A stretch of DNA of 64,000 bases from an uncultured Candidatus Micrarchaeota archaeon (GCA_903884115.1 CAISDH010000003.1:330-64329), one strand, 5' to 3'. Positions 10,173-18,368 are shown, counted from the stretch's first letter. The notes: generated by a model from the letters alone, not told the origin. Numbers and translations are program-made.

Positions 10173-10565
10173 ATGGTCGGTTGCATGGGATTGATCTACA
10201 CAAGCGTAAGGGTCAAGGACCTGAAAAAGTCGATAGCGTTCTACACAAAGCAGATGGGGATGCATATCACGGGCAGGCGGAGCTGGGTGCCGGGCGAGAA
10301 GGTGGTGATGCTCGCTGCGAAGGACAGCAAGCAGCGCCTGAATCTGATGTACTTTGCAAAGAACTGCGTGCACTACGAGCCGTACAAGAGCGGTTCTGAG
10401 CTTGATCATCTGATGTTCGAAGTAGACGACGCAAAGAAGCTGTACAACAAGCTAGTGGCGAACGGCGCGCCAGTGGCCATGAAACTATGGGAAGATGAAG
10501 GCTTCGCCATGGGTTTTGTGAAGGACCCGAACGGGATCTGGATAGGATTGCGTAGCGGCAAGTAA
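10173..10565 (+). CDS. VOC/glyoxalase-family protein
   Basis: 130-aa tail of track ORF 9588..10565. The motifs LIYTSVRVKDLKKSIAFYT and LDHLMFEVDD fit the glyoxalase fold. The upstream part of the track ORF is antisense to the ABC ATPase. Confidence 0.7.
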   Translation: MVGCMGLIYTSVRVKDLKKSIAFYTKQMGMHITGRRSWVPGEKVVMLAAKDSKQRLNLMYFAKNCVHYEPYKSGSELDHLMFEVDDAKKLYNKLVANGAPVAMKLWEDEGFAMGFVKDPNGIWIGLRSGK

Positions 10566-10592
10566 TTAGCTTAGGGCGTTAACACTCGAAGC

Positions 10593-10949
10593 TCATATGA
10601 TCAAGAGCTTCAGGCCATCGACTTCTTTGAAGTCTTTGTCCCTAGTCACTAACAGTTCATCATGAGCTATTGCTATAGCTGCTATCAGAATGTCAAGTTC
10701 GTTTATCATATGCCCTTTCTTCTTCAGCTCCTTGAATATGTGGGCAGACCTAGCAGGAGCTGGTTCATCAAAAGAATATAGGTCCAACGTGCCCAGCAGA
10801 TCATGGGTCCGACTGTCCTCAGGCGCTTTCAGAAGCTCGTACTTGCTTATTACTGTGGTTGCTGCCTTCTCTTTCAGTTGTTCTACACTTTTCCTTACGG
10901 AGTCGTTCCCATCCAGGATATCTATCAATATGTTCGTGTCCAGTATCAT
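10593..10949 (-). CDS. vapC: PIN-domain toxin VapC
   Basis: MILDTNILIDIL..., conserved acidic residues, TRDKDF motif. It overlaps the upstream antitoxin gene by 4 nt. Confidence 0.8.
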   Translation of the reverse strand: MILDTNILIDILDGNDSVRKSVEQLKEKAATTVISKYELLKAPEDSRTHDLLGTLDLYSFDEPAPARSAHIFKELKKKGHMINELDILIAAIAIAHDELLVTRDKDFKEVDGLKLLII

Positions 10950-11176
10950 CCAAAGGACCTCGGTACAGCACGCTTCCTGCTTCTAGCAATCTCCCTCTGG
11001 AATCTCTCGCCCTCGGCTTTGCTCCAACTTCCAAAATATTTCATCAATTCCTTTACATCCCCTTTTTTTGAAGAACTCTCTAGCAGTTCGTCTATCTCGC
11101 GCGAGAAGGACTTGTTCTTCTTGAGTCCCTTCAGCTTCATGTAGACTGCGTCCGTGAGGGATATTATTTTTGTCAT
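10946..11176 (-). CDS. vapB: VapB-type antitoxin (archaeal small antitoxin family)
   Basis: MTKIISLTDAVYMKLKGLKKNKSFSREIDELL matches the archaeal VapB pattern. I chose the ATG at 11176 because TATA GCTTTTTATATATAT lies about 25 nt upstream. The track ORF extends to 11221. Confidence 0.65.
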   Translation of the reverse strand: MTKIISLTDAVYMKLKGLKKNKSFSREIDELLESSSKKGDVKELMKYFGSWSKAEGERFQREIARSRKRAVPRSFG

Positions 11177-11253
11177 ATGCATATGTACATACATATATAT
11201 AAAAAGCTTACGCAAATCCACTTACCGTCGAACCATAAACGACTAACCAACGT

Positions 11254-11682
11254 TCATGGATATAGTTTAATTCTTGTCAGATCGGAATTGATTATTGTGG
11301 GCTTGACTGCCTCTATTTCAGACTTGTAATATTCTATGTCTGGTATCTGGTTCATCAGAAAGATTCTCTTGTTCAGGACGTGCGCAAACCCAATCTCCAT
11401 GAGCGTATTTCCGCCGATGTAATTCTCTATGCCCCTTCTCTTGTAGTTCAGGACAAGAATTGCATCGCTCTTTTTTATCGACTTCCAGAATTCCCTGATT
11501 GCATCCTTCTCTTTCTTGTGGAATGCTGTGAGCTTCTCTTTGTCCCTCTCACTCATCTTCGGATCTGTGTACTCATCAATGAACTTGGAGACAAAGACCT
11601 CGTGGCCCTTGGCTTCAAGCTCCTTCTTGATTTCGAGCATTTTATCTGAGAACACCATGCTGGAACAGATTGCTATCTTCAT
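11254..11682 (-). CDS. Nucleoside 2-deoxyribosyltransferase-like (NDT/Rossmann-like) protein
   Basis: MKIAICSS... (beta1) and DAILVLN...IGGNTLMEIGFA (G-x-N-T-x-x-E-x-G) resemble the NDT-like superfamily. Assignment from motifs only. Confidence 0.45.
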   Translation of the reverse strand: MKIAICSSMVFSDKMLEIKKELEAKGHEVFVSKFIDEYTDPKMSERDKEKLTAFHKKEKDAIREFWKSIKKSDAILVLNYKRRGIENYIGGNTLMEIGFAHVLNKRIFLMNQIPDIEYYKSEIEAVKPTIINSDLTRIKLYP

Positions 11683-11708
11683 GGAGTCACATCTGACGAA
11701 GGTAAAGG

Positions 11709-11793
11709 TGCAGGGAGAGAGATTTGAACTCTCGAACCCCTAAGGGAGCGGACTCTGAATCCGCCGCATTTGACCAAGCTTTGCGATCCCTGC
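11709..11793 (-). tRNA. tRNA-Leu (anticodon CAG), type II with long variable arm
   Basis: Manual fold: acceptor GCAGGGA/TCCCTGC, anticodon stem GCGGA/TCCGC, loop TTCAGAG, variable arm CCCT-TA-GGGG, T arm GAGAG-TTCAAAT-CTCTC. Confidence 0.85.
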
Positions 11794-11861
11794 ACGCTAC
11801 AGAAGATGTTTATAATCTTTAATGCATTTATTCCTTCGCATGGCCTGCGGGCAGTGATATA

Positions 11862-13034
11862 ATGCTTATCGGACTAGTGGGGGCGCCGAACAAGGGCAAG
11901 AGCACCATCTTCTCAGCGATGACGCTAAACGAGGTGGAGATCGCAGACTATCCCTTCACCACTATAAACCCCAACCTCGGCGTAGCGTACGTCACGAAGA
12001 AGTGCGTAGACATCGAGCTCAATGTCAAGTGCAACGCGAGGAACTCCACGTGCGTTGGTGGGATACGGCACATACCTGTGAACCTGATAGACGTCGCGGG
12101 CCTGGTCGAGGGCGCGCACCTTGGCAAGGGCATGGGCAACCAGTTCCTGAACGACCTTGCAAGCGCAGACGCCCTGATTGTTGTTGTTGATGCCAGCGGA
12201 AAGACCGACCCCGGAGGCAATCATTGCCTTGGATGCGATCCTTCAGGCGACATCGGAATGGTTACTGGCGAGATCGCAGAATGGCTGTGCTCGATAATAA
12301 AGAGGCACGAAAGCGCGATAGCAAAAAGCCATGACAGCGCGGACGCGCTCGCCAGCGTGCTCACCGGGCTCGGTGTAACAAAGGCCCAGGTCAGCGCCGC
12401 GATAGATGCGTGCTACCTGCCTGCAAGCAGCAAGGGCTGGAGCGAAGCCGAAGTGATGAAATTTGTACGGGAACTGATGAAGACCAGCAAGCCGATGCTC
12501 GTGGCCGCGAACAAGTCAGATACCCGGGAGGCCGAAGCGAACGTAACTAAGCTGAAATCAGAGTTCGGAGACGCCGAGGTCATTGACTGCTCTGGTGCAG
12601 TGGAGCTCGCATTGAGGCGCGCCGCAAAGCAGGGTCTGATAGATTACGTGCCGGGCGCAAGGGACTTCAAGATGCTGAAAGAAGGCATTCCGCAGGAGCA
12701 GTCTGCTGCGCTTGATTATCTGCGCGGTTTCCTGCGGCGCAAGTGCACCAACATACAGGAGCTGCTGAACAGGGCCGTTTTCGAGACGGCGAAGAACATA
12801 GTGGTGTATCCTGTTGAAGATGAGCGCAAGTACTCTGACCACGGCGGCTTTGTCTTGCCGGACGCCCTGCTTGTTAGGCGGGGCACCACTGCGATGGAGC
12901 TCGCAGGCAAGATTCACACCGATCTTGCAAAGAACATGCTCTATGCAATAGATGCGAGGACGAAGAAGCACCTGGACAGGGAGTACGTCCTGAAGGACAA
13001 CGACGTTATACGGATTGTAAGCGCAGCAAAGTGA
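11862..13034 (+). CDS. Obg-family P-loop GTPase/ATPase (YchF/DRG-like) with C-terminal TGS domain
   Basis: G1 motif GAPNKGKST, G3 motif DVAGLV, NKSD G4-like motif, C-terminal TGS-like DNDVIRIV. Confidence 0.75.
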   Translation: MLIGLVGAPNKGKSTIFSAMTLNEVEIADYPFTTINPNLGVAYVTKKCVDIELNVKCNARNSTCVGGIRHIPVNLIDVAGLVEGAHLGKGMGNQFLNDLASADALIVVVDASGKTDPGGNHCLGCDPSGDIGMVTGEIAEWLCSIIKRHESAIAKSHDSADALASVLTGLGVTKAQVSAAIDACYLPASSKGWSEAEVMKFVRELMKTSKPMLVAANKSDTREAEANVTKLKSEFGDAEVIDCSGAVELALRRAAKQGLIDYVPGARDFKMLKEGIPQEQSAALDYLRGFLRRKCTNIQELLNRAVFETAKNIVVYPVEDERKYSDHGGFVLPDALLVRRGTTAMELAGKIHTDLAKNMLYAIDARTKKHLDREYVLKDNDVIRIVSAAK

Positions 13035-13556
13035 TCATGCGCGCCTAATCGCCGAGAGCGTGGAGATCAAAGGCACGAGCACGATGGTTATTGCTGCAGG
13101 CGCCGCTATGAGATACTCAAGAAATGCGTTCAACGTTATCTTTGAGATTGAGGCGGGGTTGGCATACAGTACAACAAGGTAAATTACAGATATCGATATG
13201 ATGTAGATGATCAACGCGTAAAGCGCGTTTATGAGCCCTGCATAGAGTACGGTCTTCGGCTTCTTGCTCGCCCTGCTCACGCGAACTCCCATCCACAGAG
13301 CTGCCACGAGCGGCAGGACGATCCCGCCTGGCATGTAGATCATGTAGCTTGCCATCTTTGCCATGAAGCTGGATAGACCGAGATAGTACTGCGCAGTGTA
13401 CGCCGCTGCGATGTCAAGGATCATGCCAATGATAAGTAAGCCTATCCAGAACACTAGCGGACCTACGAGGCTTAGCTCTTCCTTGACCTCTTCTTCCTTT
13501 GCGACTTCCGGGCTTGCAGCCACTACCAATCCAGCACCACTCAAGCTTCCACGCAA
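13035..13556 (-). CDS. Integral membrane protein, unknown function
   Basis: 173 aa with about 5 hydrophobic helices. Confidence 0.4.
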   Translation of the reverse strand: MRGSLSGAGLVVAASPEVAKEEEVKEELSLVGPLVFWIGLLIIGMILDIAAAYTAQYYLGLSSFMAKMASYMIYMPGGIVLPLVAALWMGVRVSRASKKPKTVLYAGLINALYALIIYIISISVIYLVVLYANPASISKITLNAFLEYLIAAPAAITIVLVPLISTLSAIRRA

Positions 13557-13706
13557 CAGTATTTATATCTTCCAATATTTATGAAAAGAGAAAGTCCGTT
13601 TTGTCCCCCATAGCTATATCCCGGCACCTGACGGAGCCGCCCCGACTATGACGAAGAACAATAAACATATAAAGATCTTCTGCCATTTATATGGTATGGT
13701 GCTGTC

Positions 13707-15209
13707 ATGAAGATACTCTGCTTAAACCCTCCAATAAGCATTCCTGCGAGCTGGGGAAAACCGTTTTTAAAACAACCATTGGGGCTAGCATACATAGCGG
13801 GGGTCCTGCAAAAAAACAATGAAGTAACCTTTCTTGATGCTAATGCAGAAGGATTTGTGAAAGTTAAAACGGTGGGCGATCGCCATTATTATGGGCTTTC
13901 TAAAGAGGAAATAATCGGTAGAATATCTAAGATAAATCCTGAATTCATTTGCATGAGTATGATGTTCACTGTCAATTCAATAAATGCCTTGGATGTGCTT
14001 GGTGAGATAAAGAAGAACTTTCCGAAAGTGATAACGGTAGTCGGAGGCGCCCATGTCACAGTTAGGCCCGAAGAAACACTTAGAAATGCTGCTGTGGATT
14101 TCATTGTTTTGGGGGAGGGGGAAAAGACTGTGGAAGAGCTATTTGACTGCATATCGAAGAATGGTGACCTGAGTAAGATAAAGGGCGTTGGGTTCAAGAA
14201 TAACGGTGAGATTAAGATAAATGAGGCAAGGGAGCGCATACGAAACCTTGATGAGTTGCCTTTCCCTGCACTGGACTTGTTGCCGATGGGACTGTATTTC
14301 AAGGCTTCCGCTTCCAATCACTTGTTGCCGATGGGAATGTGGGGACAGAGAAAAGAGCGCGATACGTACAATGACAGGTGGACAAGCATAGTAACCAGCA
14401 GAGGGTGCCCCATGAACTGCATATTCTGCTCTATACATCTTTCAATGGGTAAATTATTCAGGTCCAGAAGTCCTGAGAATGTCATTTCTGAAATAGAAAG
14501 GGACTACGAGCAATTTGGCATACGCCACTTCTGTTTAGAAGACGACAACATGACCTGGGATACTGAGAAATTCGGAAGGATATGCGACATGATAGTAGAA
14601 AAAAATCTGAAAATAACATGGTCCGCACCAAACGGCATCAGAGCAGACAGGATAAATGAAGAACTGGCCAAAAAGATGAAACTGTCGGGATGCAAGATGG
14701 TGTACCTATCCCCCGAATCGGGTTCACAGAGAGTATTGGACGAGATAATAGACAAGAGGATGAAACTGCAAGACGTAGAGACTGCGGTGGAGCTGTTATC
14801 CAGAAACGGAATAGAAGTAAATCTGTACTTTGTTATAGGATTGCCAGGGGAGACAAAAGAGGAGACATGGAAATCTATAAATTTAGCCAAAAGACTGAGA
14901 AAGAAAGGGGCTAGTCGTGCAGGATTTAGTATAGCCACCCCATTATACGGAACGAGACTGTACAAAGAGGCTGTAGAAAAAGGGTATTTTGACCCAAACA
15001 CCGATCCTTCGAAGCTTTCTCCGCTTGAAGCGAACATGCAGATCCCCGAATGGACAAAAGAGGAGATCCAGTCGCTAGCAACCTTGGCATACTGGACCGT
15101 CAACTTGTCTTTATTACAGAAGATCACTATGCCTCTGAGATATCCGGCAAGAATACCTAGTTGTGTGGCCTCTCTCATAACAAATATAAGTAAAGTTGTC
15201 CAAAACTGA
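13707..15209 (+). CDS. B12-binding-domain radical SAM protein (class B rSAM), function unknown
   Basis: N-terminal cobalamin-binding-like domain (VVGGAHVT), CxxxCxxC cluster CPMNCIFC, GLPGET motif. Confidence 0.8.
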   Translation: MKILCLNPPISIPASWGKPFLKQPLGLAYIAGVLQKNNEVTFLDANAEGFVKVKTVGDRHYYGLSKEEIIGRISKINPEFICMSMMFTVNSINALDVLGEIKKNFPKVITVVGGAHVTVRPEETLRNAAVDFIVLGEGEKTVEELFDCISKNGDLSKIKGVGFKNNGEIKINEARERIRNLDELPFPALDLLPMGLYFKASASNHLLPMGMWGQRKERDTYNDRWTSIVTSRGCPMNCIFCSIHLSMGKLFRSRSPENVISEIERDYEQFGIRHFCLEDDNMTWDTEKFGRICDMIVEKNLKITWSAPNGIRADRINEELAKKMKLSGCKMVYLSPESGSQRVLDEIIDKRMKLQDVETAVELLSRNGIEVNLYFVIGLPGETKEETWKSINLAKRLRKKGASRAGFSIATPLYGTRLYKEAVEKGYFDPNTDPSKLSPLEANMQIPEWTKEEIQSLATLAYWTVNLSLLQKITMPLRYPARIPSCVASLITNISKVVQN

Positions 15210-15271
15210 TTTCAGGCGGAGATATCGTGTTCTTAAGAACGTTTTTATATTTTTGTTAATATTGTGTGTAT

Positions 15272-15424
15272 ATGCCAGGGTTGCAATCTCCGCGACAGTC
15301 TGCCGGAGTGATGAGTTTCTACGATGCGCCAACAAAAGGGCCTAAGATAGGACCAAAGCTCGTGCTTATCTCCGTCGTGGCGTTCGCGCTCGTGATAGTC
15401 GTCATAGACCATTTCTTAGCATAA
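15272..15424 (+). CDS. secG: Preprotein translocase Sec61beta (archaeal SecG)
   Basis: 50-aa ORF below the track cutoff: MPGLQSPRQSAGVMSFYDAPTKGPKIGPKLVLISVVAFALVIVVIDHFLA. It has the typical SAG..FYD..KI.PK plus C-terminal TM. TATA CGTTTTTATATTT lies upstream. Confidence 0.6.
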   Translation: MPGLQSPRQSAGVMSFYDAPTKGPKIGPKLVLISVVAFALVIVVIDHFLA

Positions 15425-15476
15425 GCCTTTCTGTCGACCTTAATGCAGGTGCTGCTTTCTTAACTTCGTAAAGCGT

Positions 15477-15950
15477 CTATTCTTGCGGCAATTCTATCAA
15501 TTGCCCTTTTATATTTAGACCGGATTTAAACATCATTTCTGCTTGCTTCTGGGCTAGCTTATCATCGAAGAATCTCCGAAATGCGTCCTCGAGGTATCCT
15601 TCCATGCTGTTTTTTGCCCTCTTTCCCAACGATATTCCTCTTATCAGTTTTGCTATATTGCCATTGGCCTTTAGACTGTTCTGCATCTCCTCCCATTCAT
15701 TATCGGAGTCTGTGCGCTTCTTGCTGGCTTCCTCCATTATATTCTTATTTGAATTCTTAATCATCAGAGCATTATTGCCTGAAACGGTCGCTTCCCTGCG
15801 AACGGCGTACCAGATTGCATCTTCGAGGTTCTTCTTATTCGTAGTTCTTTCCGGCAGGCCCCTCCGCAGTTCAAGCACCGGATCTTCATGAGCGTAGTTG
15901 CTATGCATTTCACTATCTTTTCCTCTTATTTCAACTTTCCTGCATTCCAT
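15477..15950 (-). CDS. Orphan charged helical protein (157 aa)
   Basis: Long ORF preceded by conserved upstream element copy U7. No recognisable domain. Confidence 0.45.
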   Translation of the reverse strand: MECRKVEIRGKDSEMHSNYAHEDPVLELRRGLPERTTNKKNLEDAIWYAVRREATVSGNNALMIKNSNKNIMEEASKKRTDSDNEWEEMQNSLKANGNIAKLIRGISLGKRAKNSMEGYLEDAFRRFFDDKLAQKQAEMMFKSGLNIKGQLIELPQE

Positions 15951-16040
15951 AGCATCATGCTCATATATGCTTCAAATTTCCTAATACTTATACTCTCCTT
16001 TTAGTTGCAGTTTGTTTGCGGAAGTCTGTGATTTGGTAAA
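15951..16040 (-). promoter_or_regulatory. Conserved upstream element, copy U7 (TTTACCAAATCACAGACTTCCGCAAACAAACTGCAAC ... ATAAGTAT ...)
   Basis: Gene-proximal about 90 nt. The distal 37 nt is near-identical to U6 and U3. Confidence 0.6.
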
Positions 16041-16249
16041 CGGGCATATCTCATTTTAGTCCAGGTGGTCTGTTGCAAAGGAATAGCGAAAACGACAACT
16101 GGCACTAGGGCGTTTTCGTGTTCAAATCTTAGTTGCACAGCAGGTGCCTGATCTGCGCTCAGGTGATGCGCAGAGATCCTGCTGTGCTGTGTTGCCGGTA
16201 GCGGGCGCGCTGCGCCCTGGGCGTCATCTGTATATTGGCTGCTTCACTT

Positions 16250-17371
16250 TTACTTTCTGTTGAGCCTCTTTACGGCTTCCGTTGCTTTGGCTATCTTCCT
16301 GAAGCTGTCCGCCTTGGCCTGATAAGTTGCTTCGTCTGCCGTTCCTGCCCCTGCAGCTGCAGCGGCTTCGTCACACTCCTCTGCCGCTTCACGATACCTT
16401 GCAATCTGGGATAGCTGCTCAGCGGCCTTCGCGTGCTCCTCTACTGGATTCTTTCCAACATACTCTATGAGCCACTGCGCACAGAGTTGAGGCTCCCAGC
16501 CCAATGCCTTGCCTATCATATCATAAGCGCGCTTGGCTGCGTCGCCTGCTTCCTCGAACCTTTTTAATACCTCAACGACCTTCCCTGGATCGCCAGAGCA
16601 CGCACTCAAGATAGACTTCATGTCTGTTATTGTCCCTGATTTCAGCAGCCACTCCGTTGCGGATGCTTCCCATGGTACCTCTGCATCCAGGAGCGCGTTT
16701 GCAGCTTTCCTCTGGCTTGTCTTTGTTTCTATCTTGGCGTACAGCTTAGATGCCTGGTCGCGCTTCTTCTCTGCCGCGGCCATGTCTCCGTATTTCTCGC
16801 ACAGCTTCTGACTTTCGCGCTGCGTAACTTTGCGCCCTTCCGCTTCTATTGCTTTCTCAGCGCACTCTTCCGCCTCAACGAACTTCTTTTTGCTTGCGTA
16901 CTTGGATTCTGCCCACGCCCACAACTGCGCCTCGTCTTCCCCTGCATTCTTGCCCATCTTCACTGCATCGTGGAAGTTCCCGTCCAACACATACTTTTCC
17001 TTCGCAGCAATCCACGCGTCAGCCGGATTGATTCCGGATAGCTTGTCTATACGCAGCGAAGCTGACTCCTCGTGCAGTCCGTTATAGTCGAGCAGCGTGG
17101 CCGCCTGATTTATATCGCTCTCGCTTCCTGCCTTCTCTAAGCATTCAACTGCTCCTCTCCAATCGCTTTCACTCAAACACGTCTCTGCTTTGTTTCTGAG
17201 CTTGTCGGGATCAGTGGCCTCTTCTATCAATGCATTATGCTTTGCTATCTGTGCCTCCAGCTTGTCCCTGTCCTCCTGGCTTAGCACCTCAAGCACATCA
17301 GGAGTTATCTCGCTGAACGCTTCCTTCGCCTTTTCAATTGTCTTATCGTCTTTTATGGTTGCTTTCGGCAT
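16250..17371 (-). CDS. Orphan alpha-helical repeat protein (373 aa, A/E/K-rich)
   Basis: Long ORF with recurring A-x-E-C-x-E-K-A-G-like helical motifs. Preceded by element copy U5. Confidence 0.5.
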   Translation of the reverse strand: MPKATIKDDKTIEKAKEAFSEITPDVLEVLSQEDRDKLEAQIAKHNALIEEATDPDKLRNKAETCLSESDWRGAVECLEKAGSESDINQAATLLDYNGLHEESASLRIDKLSGINPADAWIAAKEKYVLDGNFHDAVKMGKNAGEDEAQLWAWAESKYASKKKFVEAEECAEKAIEAEGRKVTQRESQKLCEKYGDMAAAEKKRDQASKLYAKIETKTSQRKAANALLDAEVPWEASATEWLLKSGTITDMKSILSACSGDPGKVVEVLKRFEEAGDAAKRAYDMIGKALGWEPQLCAQWLIEYVGKNPVEEHAKAAEQLSQIARYREAAEECDEAAAAAGAGTADEATYQAKADSFRKIAKATEAVKRLNRK

Positions 17372-17459
17372 ATACTCTCCCTTTTCTCTTCCTTTTATCC
17401 AGATATATATGCTTTTCTTTTCATTACAGCTTGCTTGGTGTTGTTTGCTATTTTGTAAA
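17372..17459 (-). promoter_or_regulatory. Conserved upstream element, copy U5 (TTTACAAAATAGCAAACAAC ... AAAAGCATATATAT ...)
   Basis: Same architecture and spacing to the ATG as U1 and U2. Confidence 0.6.
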
Positions 17460-17524
17460 GGCGAGTGTTTTTTCGAGTATGCTCTGCCTCAAAGAAACAG
17501 AGAACCCAAAAGGAAATAGGGCGT

Positions 17525-18085
17525 CTACAGCGCAGAGTCCTTCCTAAGCAATTTATTTATCGAATCGGCCAGGTCTGCCTTCTCAGGCGGCTTCTCCTTC
17601 GATTCCTTAGCCTCCTTCTTTTTCTTCTTTTCTTCTTCTTTTTTCTCCTTCTTTTCCGCCTCAGCTCTCTTCTTCTCTCTCTCGGATTCCTCCTTCTTCA
17701 TCTTTGCTTCGGCTTTCTTATTTATGCCCCTCTTGAGCAGCTTATCTATGGACTCTTCTATGCTCTTATCAGTAATCGGCTTCTCCTTCTTCGCCATCGC
17801 CATTTCCTTCTTTTCCTTCGCAGCTTCATCCCTTCGTCTCTTCATCTCATTATCCGCTTCCTTCCTTTTGATCTTCTTATCCGCCTCGTCTATTTTCCTC
17901 TTCTTCTCGGCTTCCTCCTTCTTCATCTCTGCCTCCGCTTTTTTATTTATGCCCTTCTCGAGTATCCTGTTTATGGAGTCTGCTATTGCCTTATCGCTGG
18001 CGCTGGTGTCTTTATCAGTTGTTCTTAGCAACTGCATTGTTCTCGTTTGTGCCGCTACTGTTTTTTCATCAGCCATCTCATTCAC
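17525..18085 (-). CDS. Lys/Glu-rich coiled-coil protein with internal tandem repeats
   Basis: Three copies of the [DE]SI[ND][KR][LI]L motif. Two are extended by GINKKAEA[KE]MKKEE. SD AGGTGA lies directly upstream of the ATG. Confidence 0.5.
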   Translation of the reverse strand: MNEMADEKTVAAQTRTMQLLRTTDKDTSASDKAIADSINRILEKGINKKAEAEMKKEEAEKKRKIDEADKKIKRKEADNEMKRRRDEAAKEKKEMAMAKKEKPITDKSIEESIDKLLKRGINKKAEAKMKKEESEREKKRAEAEKKEKKEEEKKKKKEAKESKEKPPEKADLADSINKLLRKDSAL

Positions 18086-18131
18086 CTGCCTGCGCGACTT
18101 AAACTGATTCCTTGTTCCGTACGGGTGGCAT

Positions 18132-18227
18132 TCACATCTCGCTGTTGTACTCGTCCAGTTCCTGCTTTTCTATGGCAACCCTAAGGATCTCCTTTATCTC
18201 CGACGCTGTTGCAACGCTTCCCCTCAC
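18132..18227 (-). CDS. Possible 31-aa leader ORF (GTG start) directly behind element U6
   Basis: GTG lies at the position where other copies carry the start codon (TTAGTGTGA). Sequence MRGSVATASEIKEILRVAIEKQELDEYNSEM. Speculative. Confidence 0.2.
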   Translation of the reverse strand: MRGSVATASEIKEILRVAIEKQELDEYNSEM

Positions 18228-18307
18228 ACTAACATTATATGACGCCGGAGATACTTATGCATTCGTATTTCTGGCAGTTTGTTTGCAGAAACTTGTGATT
18301 TTGTAAA
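18228..18307 (-). promoter_or_regulatory. Conserved upstream element, copy U6 (TTTACAAAATCACAAGTTTCTGCAAACAAACTGCCAGAAA ... ATAAGTATCT ... CATATAATGTTAGTGTGA)
   Basis: 33/40 identity to U3 over the distal 40 nt, with the same proximal boxes. Confidence 0.6.
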
Positions 18308-18368
18308 CTCTGAAGCATCTAGTCGAGTGCATTTCTGCTGTAAATTGATAAGGAAAAGAATGGGCCTG

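Noticed and set aside
17465-18107. Plus-strand L/F/S-rich ORFs (187 aa and 127 aa)
   Set aside because: They are mirror images of the low-complexity Lys/Glu-rich gene on the minus strand (AAG/GAA repeats read as CTT/TTC). The minus-strand gene has an SD and the shared upstream element.
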